A stretch of 24,000 bases of DNA from Tolumonas osonensis (GTDB taxonomy: Bacteria; Pseudomonadota; Gammaproteobacteria; Enterobacterales; Aeromonadaceae): NCBI RefSeq assembly GCF_014202415.1, contig NZ_JACHGR010000007.1, positions 224,786 through 248,785 on the forward strand, in the 5' to 3' direction. The notes below the pieces were generated by a model. The model saw nothing but the letters and a program-made list of their open reading frames with translations. It was not told the DNA's origin and ran no database searches. Positions 17,664 to 24,000 of this stretch are shown piece by piece. The stretch's first letter is position 1. Every line of letters starts with the position of its first letter. A program made the translations under genes and the position numbers.

Positions 17664-18580
17664 TGAATACTGCCTATACGATTAAAACGAACACCGGTCG
17701 GAATCCATTTAGGCACAGAACTGCCCTCCGGGTGATCGAATTCAAAACTCATCCAGATAGCAACCGCTTTTCCAACCAGATTTCGTTCTGGTACGAATCC
17801 CCAGAAGCGGCTATCCAGACTGTTATCGCGGTTATCTCCCATTGCAAAATAATGTCCTTCCGGCACAACCCACTCACCAACAGACTGGCCTGGTTGCTGG
17901 TAATACTGACCCACTCGATCCGGAATATAATTATTTAACAGAATTTCATGACGCAGGGTTGTCGCCAGTTTCTCAGAATAACGCTCCAAAGGCATATTTA
18001 GCTGAGAAAATGTTCCGCTTTCAATAAACTCAGCGTCAATTTTCTTTAGCTGAGGACAAACTTTACTATCGTGACAGGCTGGCTGCAGGTAAAGCTCTTT
18101 GTTGCGGAAAACGACCCTGTCTCCAGGCAATCCAATAATACGTTTTATGTAGTCAACACGCGGATTTTCGGGATATTTAAATACAACGACATCACCACGC
18201 TGCGGATGGCTGGTTTCAATCAGCGTTCTGTTGGTCACCGGTTCTTTCAATCCATAAACGTACTTGTTTACCAGAATGAAATCCCCTTCCAATAATGTAG
18301 GCATCATAGAACCTGAAGGGATCTGAAAAGGCTCATATAAAAATGAACGCAAAACCAGCACCGCAGCAATAACCGGGAATATACCTTTGCACTGCTCCAC
18401 CCAGACGGGCTCGGTCATTAATTTCTCGATAGCCTCTGCCGTCAACGGAGCCTGTGCTGCGGCCTGCGCCCGACGGGCTTTAGCGGCCCGGAAACGGACC
18501 AGAACCCAATGATCCAGCAACCAGACAAGGCCTGTCACCGCAGTGACAGTAACCAGAATCAGAGCAAAAGTATTAGCCAT
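17660..18580 (-). CDS. lepB: Signal peptidase I (306 aa)
   Basis: N-terminal TM segment, catalytic Ser box [10 protein letters not shown], Lys box [29 protein letters not shown], and a C-terminus (..RFNRIGSIQ) like that of E. coli LepB. Confidence 0.93.
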   Translation of the reverse strand: MANTFALILVTVTAVTGLVWLLDHWVLVRFRAAKARRAQAAAQAPLTAEAIEKLMTEPVWVEQCKGIFPVIAAVLVLRSFLYEPFQIPSGSMMPTLLEGDFILVNKYVYGLKEPVTNRTLIETSHPQRGDVVVFKYPENPRVDYIKRIIGLPGDRVVFRNKELYLQPACHDSKVCPQLKKIDAEFIESGTFSQLNMPLERYSEKLATTLRHEILLNNYIPDRVGQYYQQPGQSVGEWVVPEGHYFAMGDNRDNSLDSRFWGFVPERNLVGKAVAIWMSFEFDHPEGSSVPKWIPTGVRFNRIGSIQ

Positions 18581-18583
18581 TAA

Positions 18584-20380
18584 TTAATTATCCTTTCCGA
18601 CATGCAGAATAGCCAGGAATGCTTCTTGCGGAACATCAACCCGGCCCAGCGACTTCATGCGCTTTTTACCTTCCTTCTGCTTATTCAGCAGTTTTTTCTT
18701 ACGGCTGACGTCACCACCATAACATTTAGCCAATACGTCTTTACGCATCGCTTTTACCGTACTACGGGCAATAATATGGTTACCAATTGCAGCCTGAATA
18801 GCAATATCAAACATCTGACGAGGGATCAGCTCCCGCATTTTTTCCACCAGCAGACGACCGCGAGTTTGAGCATTATCACGGTGCGTAATGATTGCCAATG
18901 CATCAACACGTTCACCATTGATCATTATATCCAAACGAACCATATCCGCTTCCTGGAAGCGTTTAAATGAATAATCCAGAGAAGCATAACCACGACTGGT
19001 CGATTTCAGGCGGTCAAAGAAATCCAGAACAACTTCAGCCATCGGAATCTCATACGTCAGTGCAATCTGGTTTCCGTGATACACCATGTTGGTCTGTACA
19101 CCACGTTTCTCAATACATAACGTGATCACATTACCCAGATACTCCTGCGGCACCAGAATATTACATTCCGCAATAGGTTCTCTCAGTTCCTGGATACTGG
19201 TAACAGCAGGCAAGCGGGCCGGACTGTCAATATGAATCGTTGAGCCGTCCGTCTGCACGATTTCATATACTACGGTTGGTGCAGTCGTGATCAGGTCCAG
19301 GTCGTATTCACGTTCCAGGCGCTCCTGAATGATTTCCATGTGCAGCATACCCAGGAAACCACAACGGAAACCAAATCCTAACGCAGCGGAGTTTTCTGGT
19401 TCATAGAACAGTGACGCATCATTCAGTGACAACTTTTCCAGAGCATCACGGAAGGCTTCATAATCATCAGAAGAAATCGGGAACAGACCCGCATAAACCT
19501 GAGGTTTAACCTTTTTAAAACCGGGCAAGGCCGCATCAGCCCCATTTTTGGCATGCGTTAAAGTATCACCGACCGGTGCGCCGTGAATATCTTTGATACC
19601 GCAGACAACCCAACCTACTTCACCACAGGTCAGTTCAGTTGTGTCTTTTTGTTTCGGCGTAAAGATACCTAACCGATCAACACCCCAGGTCTGACCGGTA
19701 CTCATTACTTTGATCTTATCGTTCTTTTTCAGGCTGCCATTTTTAATTCGCACCAGCGACACAACACCCAGGTAGTCATCAAACCAGGAGTCAATAATCA
19801 ACGCTTGCAGAGGCGCATCCGGATCGCCAACCGGTGCAGGAATCTTTTTAACAATATCTTCCAGTACGTCATTAACACCCAAACCTGTCTTGGCCGAACA
19901 ACGGACTGCATCCACCGCATCAATACCAACGATATCTTCAATTTCTTCAGCGACACGTTCTGGTTCGGCTTGTGGCAAATCGATTTTATTCAGAACCGGA
20001 ACTACTTCCAGGTTCATTTCCATTGCGGTATAGCAGTTAGCCAAAGTCTGCGCTTCAACCCCCTGCCCGGCATCAACTACCAGCAATGCGCCCTCACAGG
20101 CAGCCAGGGAGCGCGACACCTCATAGGAAAAGTCTACGTGGCCCGGTGTATCGATGAAGTTTAATTGATAGGTTTCACCATCTTTGGCCTTATAGTTCAG
20201 CGTAACACTCTGTGCCTTGATCGTGATGCCACGTTCACGTTCAAGATCCATTGAGTCAAGAACCTGTTCCTGCATTTCACGTTCGGATAGACCGCCGCAG
20301 ATCTGAATCAAGCGGTCTGACAAAGTCGACTTACCATGGTCGATGTGGGCAATAATAGAGAAGTTACGAATATTCTTCAT
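18584..20380 (-). CDS. lepA: Translation elongation factor 4 (LepA, 598 aa)
   Basis: [18 protein letters not shown] (G1), DTPGHVDF (G3), NKID (G4), full LepA length and the characteristic C-terminal domain. Its stop lies 3 nt before the lepB start. Confidence 0.96.
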   Translation of the reverse strand: MKNIRNFSIIAHIDHGKSTLSDRLIQICGGLSEREMQEQVLDSMDLERERGITIKAQSVTLNYKAKDGETYQLNFIDTPGHVDFSYEVSRSLAACEGALLVVDAGQGVEAQTLANCYTAMEMNLEVVPVLNKIDLPQAEPERVAEEIEDIVGIDAVDAVRCSAKTGLGVNDVLEDIVKKIPAPVGDPDAPLQALIIDSWFDDYLGVVSLVRIKNGSLKKNDKIKVMSTGQTWGVDRLGIFTPKQKDTTELTCGEVGWVVCGIKDIHGAPVGDTLTHAKNGADAALPGFKKVKPQVYAGLFPISSDDYEAFRDALEKLSLNDASLFYEPENSAALGFGFRCGFLGMLHMEIIQERLEREYDLDLITTAPTVVYEIVQTDGSTIHIDSPARLPAVTSIQELREPIAECNILVPQEYLGNVITLCIEKRGVQTNMVYHGNQIALTYEIPMAEVVLDFFDRLKSTSRGYASLDYSFKRFQEADMVRLDIMINGERVDALAIITHRDNAQTRGRLLVEKMRELIPRQMFDIAIQAAIGNHIIARSTVKAMRKDVLAKCYGGDVSRKKKLLNKQKEGKKRMKSLGRVDVPQEAFLAILHVGKDN

Positions 20381-20517
20381 GAGGTCTTAGTTATCTGATG
20401 GCATGTAATTAACGACAATTTGGACGGGATTTTACTGGATTAGCGGCGGCAGAGCTATGATTACTATCGACTGATTGCACACACGCCCGGAATGAGCATG
20501 GTGCAATAACAAATCAT

Positions 20518-20988
20518 TCAATGGCAAGGGGTCTGTACTGTCTGAACAACAGGAATGGTTATACCGAGAATCACGGGTTTATAATCATTATCTGTTAATC
20601 TGGCTGACCTGATACGCATCAGCATAAATCCGGCATAACCTCCAAGCACAGCACCTGCTATCGCCGGCCATTCTTCTCCCGGAACGGAAAAAATCTGACC
20701 GATAACCGCGCCTGACATAATAAAAAACAAGGGTAAAATATAAACCAGCAAAGCCCCCTTCAGCAGCCCCTTTTCAGGGATACCAATTCTGACCTGCTGA
20801 CCAACTTCCAGCGGAAGAGAACATGCAATATCAATGATGCGATCTGAATGTTCCTGTTCTTCCTCATGCCCGGAACTGATACCACAGCTTGATTGATGCT
20901 GACAATGACCACATGCTGATTTACGTTGATATTCAACACTGACATAACCAGACTTAGTAGCTACAACGGTAGCAATAGCTTCGATCAT
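20518..20988 (-). CDS. rseC: RseC/SoxR-reducing system protein (156 aa)
   Basis: N-terminal Cys-rich segment (SACGHCQHQSSCG) followed by two hydrophobic helices, as in E. coli RseC. It is the last gene of the rpoE-rseABC order. Confidence 0.85.
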   Translation of the reverse strand: MIEAIATVVATKSGYVSVEYQRKSACGHCQHQSSCGISSGHEEEQEHSDRIIDIACSLPLEVGQQVRIGIPEKGLLKGALLVYILPLFFIMSGAVIGQIFSVPGEEWPAIAGAVLGGYAGFMLMRIRSARLTDNDYKPVILGITIPVVQTVQTPCH

Positions 20989-20999
20989 TGACTATTCCT

Positions 21000-21965
21000 C
21001 TATCGATTCATCTCAATAGTCTCTGCTATCTGTCGCAAACTAGGCAAAGGCAATTCACCAACCACAGTCAGAATGACACCATCGTTCCGGTTAACACTCA
21101 GAATAGAGGTCGCGCCATGCATTGCGATTTGTTCCGTTTCCCGACCAGCCGGTTTAGCGTTTGCCCGGGAAATATAGACAGAAACATCCACCAGACCATC
21201 ACTAAGCATAAAGTAGTCCATTAATTCGTCACTACCGATTAATTTATGCTGATCGGATGATTTTGCTGCAAACCCTGGTGGTACCCAGCCAAGCTTCCAC
21301 TGATGAGATGGCGGCTCTGCACGATAAATATCCCGGCTGGTTTCCGCAGGAGGAACATTCATAGCGGCAAGCGTCTTAATATTTGAAGAATGTTCGGATA
21401 AAAAGCGGAAATCAATGCCCAAATACTGCTCAACCGGATTTCCTTGCGCATCATTCACATCCAGTCGTAACAAAATACCCGTTTTTTGTTCTAACCAGAG
21501 GATAAAGCTATATTTACTGTCATCTTTGGCCGTCAAACGAACTGATTGTGCTACCTGACCAGCAATCCGGCTCTTGCCCATACTGACTACGTCATAAAAC
21601 TTAAGTAAGGTTTCCGGAGAACAACTCATCATTGCAAACCACAAGCCCGGTAATCTGGACTCCTGCAACGTATATGACACTTGTGCAGATTCTGCGAATG
21701 TGACTTGTTTGTTTTTTCCCAGATATTCAACAAGTCGTCCACTCAATGTCAATAAATGCGTTATCTCGGTACGGTTATTCCAACCATGAGTCAAACGTAA
21801 TGGCTCAATGTTGTTTTGTAGTATATGCACCATCACCAACTCAAAATTGTTGTGATGATAACCACGTTGCATCTGAAATAACAAAGCCTCTGCTGAGGGT
21901 TCAGCGGAGGCTTTAGTTACCAACGAGCCAATAAGAAGGAATGCTAAAACTATACGATGCATCAA
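21000..21965 (-). CDS. rseB: Sigma-E regulatory protein RseB (321 aa, signal peptide)
   Basis: Signal-peptide-like N-terminus. Colinear blocks with E. coli RseB (e.g. SYILW...LD..G...EQ, TVVGELP....IAE.I). Conserved position. Confidence 0.88.
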   Translation of the reverse strand: MMHRIVLAFLLIGSLVTKASAEPSAEALLFQMQRGYHHNNFELVMVHILQNNIEPLRLTHGWNNRTEITHLLTLSGRLVEYLGKNKQVTFAESAQVSYTLQESRLPGLWFAMMSCSPETLLKFYDVVSMGKSRIAGQVAQSVRLTAKDDSKYSFILWLEQKTGILLRLDVNDAQGNPVEQYLGIDFRFLSEHSSNIKTLAAMNVPPAETSRDIYRAEPPSHQWKLGWVPPGFAAKSSDQHKLIGSDELMDYFMLSDGLVDVSVYISRANAKPAGRETEQIAMHGATSILSVNRNDGVILTVVGELPLPSLRQIAETIEMNR

Positions 21966-21972
21966 AATTTAA

Positions 21973-22551
21973 TTACCGCTCAGCAGGTGATAAACGTTGT
22001 TGTAACTGGTGATCCTGAATATAGCGAGCAATACGCTGACGGTGTTCCTGAAGTTGTTGCTCTGTCATGGCTGAAGACTGTTGTTGAGCATCATGAACCC
22101 GTCCTGTATTGAAGTTAATACTGACCGGGATAGCCGAACCACCAACAGGAACTGTATTTAATACCGGAGTTTGTTTAATACCAGCCAAAGCATCATCTTC
22201 TTGCTGATATTGCTGAATACCCACAAGAACAGCGACAGCAACAGAAGCCGCAATACCATATTGCCCGGCAACCTGAATAAACTGTTTCACACTTGGTTTG
22301 ACCAAAGAGAACAGTGAACGACGAGGTTTAGGCGCTAAAATAGTGGGTTCTTGTTCCAGAGCATCGGCGATACGCTGTGACAAATCGAGATCCAACTGTT
22401 CCGGTAATTCATCACGTAATGCATCACCGATCAAATGATAACGCTCCCAGGCAGCAGATGCCGAAGGATCTTCTGATAATGCCTTTAGCGCCTGCTCAGA
22501 ATGCAACTGATTATCCATCAGCGCTGAAATGCGTTCTTTTGATGTTGTCAT
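21973..22551 (-). CDS. rseA: Anti-sigma-E factor RseA (192 aa)
   Basis: N-terminal ISALMD..L......L......WERYHLIGDALR motif, a central TM segment (IAASVAVAVLVGI) and a Gln-rich C-terminus (QEHRQRIARYIQDHQLQQRL), colinear with E. coli RseA. Confidence 0.88.
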   Translation of the reverse strand: MTTSKERISALMDNQLHSEQALKALSEDPSASAAWERYHLIGDALRDELPEQLDLDLSQRIADALEQEPTILAPKPRRSLFSLVKPSVKQFIQVAGQYGIAASVAVAVLVGIQQYQQEDDALAGIKQTPVLNTVPVGGSAIPVSINFNTGRVHDAQQQSSAMTEQQLQEHRQRIARYIQDHQLQQRLSPAER

Positions 22552-22586
22552 ATTAACCCGTTACTCCATTTCAAAGCAGGATAATC

Positions 22587-23177
22587 CTAATCTATTCCCT
22601 GCAGTACGGCCTTAAGACGATTATCAATAAACTCCCGGGCACGAAAGATACGAGAACGAACAGTGCCAACCGGACATCCAATAATTTCGGCGATCTCTTC
22701 GTAACTCAAGCCCTCAAGTTCCCGCAACGTAATGACCGTTCGCAAATCCTCAGGTAATGACTGCAAAGCATCCATTACGGTTTGCCGAACCTGATCAGAT
22801 GACAGTAACCGTTCAGGACTTGCGATATCACGCAATGCTTCACCTGAGTCATATTGTTCTGCATCAATAATATCAACATCTACCCCTGGTGGACGGCGGC
22901 CATTTGAGACCAGGTAATTCTTTGCCGTATTCACTGCGATACGATACAGCCAAGTATAAAAAGCACTGTCATTTCTGAATGAAGGCAAGAAACGATAAGC
23001 ACTTATAAACACTTCCTGAACCACATCAGCAATATCACCAGAATTACTGACATACCGACTTACCAGATTCATTATCTTCCGCTGATATTTGGTAACCAGC
23101 AGATTAAATGCCTGTTTATCGCCCCGTTGCACTCGTTCAACTAATTGTTGATCGATCTCTATATCGCTATCGCTCAT
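22587..23177 (-). CDS. rpoE: ECF RNA polymerase sigma factor sigma-E (196 aa)
   Basis: LVERVQRGDKQAFNLLV.KYQ.K....SRYV, region 2 and region 4 (LREL.GLSYEEIA.I..CPVGTVRSRIFRARE.I) are near-colinear with E. coli RpoE. Divergent from nadB, as in E. coli. Confidence 0.95.
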   Translation of the reverse strand: MSDSDIEIDQQLVERVQRGDKQAFNLLVTKYQRKIMNLVSRYVSNSGDIADVVQEVFISAYRFLPSFRNDSAFYTWLYRIAVNTAKNYLVSNGRRPPGVDVDIIDAEQYDSGEALRDIASPERLLSSDQVRQTVMDALQSLPEDLRTVITLRELEGLSYEEIAEIIGCPVGTVRSRIFRAREFIDNRLKAVLQGID

Positions 23178-23231
23178 ATCGACGCCGATTTCCTCCCTAT
23201 TCGCATTATCGGCCCGAAGTAGCGCACTTAA

Positions 23232-23258
23232 TCAGACAACATTTTTAGAGAAAAGTTC
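23232..23258 (-). promoter_or_regulatory. Sigma-E-dependent (autoregulatory) promoter of rpoE: GAACTT-N16-TCTGA
   Basis: The minus strand reads taGAACTT (rc of 23253-23258), ttctctaaaaatgttg (16 nt), then TCTGA (rc of 23232-23236). This has the same architecture as the E. coli sigma-E promoters rpoH P3 and degP (GGAACTT-N16-TCTGA). It lies about 55 nt upstream of the rpoE ATG, where E. coli has rpoE P2. Confidence 0.6.
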
Positions 23259-23346
23259 TATTCTCGACAAAAAAACGTGATCCGGGCTGTACCTGAGCAT
23301 CAGTTGGGCTAGTATAAAGCTTTAATCATCAAGGCCAATGATACTT

Positions 23347-24000
23347 ATGAAACAGAATGTTGAATACTCCTGCGATGTTTTGATCATTGGCAGTGGTGCC
23401 GCAGGCCTCACTTTGGCGTTACGCTTGGCTGATCATGCCAAAGTGGTGGTATTGAGCAAAGGACCCTTGAGCGAAGGGGCTACCTATTATGCCCAGGGAG
23501 GCATCGCTGCTGTTGCTGAAGAAACAGATAGCGTGGAGTCGCACGTCAACGACACATTAAATGCTGGTGCCGGTTTATGCGATAAATCTATTGTTGAATT
23601 TACAGCTCAGAATGCAAAAGAGTCGATTGACTGGTTGATCCAGCAAGGTGTTCCTTTTGATAAAGAGGAAGGCAAATCGGAAGACGGTGAACCGGCATAC
23701 CATCTGACCCGTGAAGGTGGACACAGCCACCGCCGGATATTCCACTCAGCCGATTCTACCGGTAAGTATGTTGAAATCACCTTGGTTGACCGTGTCAGAC
23801 AACATCCGAACATCCAATTAATGGAGCGTTTCAATGCTGTCGACCTTATTACCACCAGAAAACTGGGCATTCCGGGCAACCGGGTATTAGGTGCCTATAT
23901 CTGGAACCGGACTAAAGAACAGGTCGAAACAGTCAGAGCACGATTTGTCGCACTGGCAACAGGCGGTGCATCTAAAGTTTATCAATATACCTCCAATCCT
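23347..24000 (+). CDS. nadB: L-aspartate oxidase, N-terminal 218 codons; continues beyond the right edge
   Basis: Absent from the ORF track because no stop falls in the window. My own translation from ATG 23347 gives [52 protein letters not shown]...[19 protein letters not shown]...[16 protein letters not shown], near-colinear with E. coli NadB (FAD GxGxxG fold). Confidence 0.93.
   Translation, partial: MKQNVEYSCDVLIIGSGAAGLTLALRLADHAKVVVLSKGPLSEGATYYAQGGIAAVAEETDSVESHVNDTLNAGAGLCDKSIVEFTAQNAKESIDWLIQQGVPFDKEEGKSEDGEPAYHLTREGGHSHRRIFHSADSTGKYVEITLVDRVRQHPNIQLMERFNAVDLITTRKLGIPGNRVLGAYIWNRTKEQVETVRARFVALATGGASKVYQYTSNP

Noticed and set aside
20381-20517. rseC-lepA spacer: 7-bp inverted repeat ATTGCAC...GTGCAAT and tiny ORFs (MLIPGVCAISR, MPSDN) upstream of lepA
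   Set aside because: The inverted repeat has a 20-nt loop and no following T-run, so it is not a credible terminator. The mini-ORFs lack an SD and I know of no precedent for them. This is most simply the lepA promoter and 5' UTR.
1-24000. Search for mobile elements, CRISPR arrays, tRNA or rRNA genes, defence-island or toxin-antitoxin-like gene pairs
   Set aside because: Every ORF longer than about 95 aa is accounted for by a recognisable housekeeping homologue. There are no spaced direct-repeat arrays, no transposase, integrase or phage-like proteins, no tRNA-like T-arm (GGTTCGAATCC-type) motifs outside coding context, and no large unexplained gaps.

Overview
This window reads as uninterrupted gammaproteobacterial core chromosome. 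Gene content and order closely parallel Escherichia, Vibrio and Aeromonas-type genomes; I cannot fix the taxon by eye. I support 26 protein genes, all apparently intact and similar in length to the E. coli homologues as I recall them. In order they are: sapA (5' partial)-sapB-sapC-sapD-sapF (+); pgm and seqA (-); ybfF-ybfE-fldA-fur (+); slyD (-); yheS-rlmJ (+); one stand-alone fold-III (eukaryotic-type) Orn/Lys-like PLP decarboxylase (+); pdxJ-recO-era-rnc-lepB-lepA and rseC-rseB-rseA-rpoE (-); and nadB (+, 3' partial). There are five clean rho-independent terminators, three of them bidirectional between convergent genes, and a near-textbook sigma-E promoter upstream of rpoE. I found no tRNA or rRNA, CRISPR array, IS element, transposase, integrase, phage gene or toxin-antitoxin-like pair. 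I see no convincing evidence of an undescribed multi-gene system here. The items most worth a second look are regulatory or organisational. (1) The decarboxylase sits between terminators at the junction of two conserved housekeeping blocks and has a roughly 350-bp AT-rich, A-tract-laden upstream region with a structured leader. (2) A 10-codon upstream ORF has a stop codon that overlaps the rpoE start codon (ATGA). (3) The lepA-to-pdxJ genes are extremely compact: rnc overlaps lepB and has no leader of its own, and acpS is absent downstream of pdxJ. All functional calls rest on by-eye recognition of translated sequences and motifs, not on database searches.
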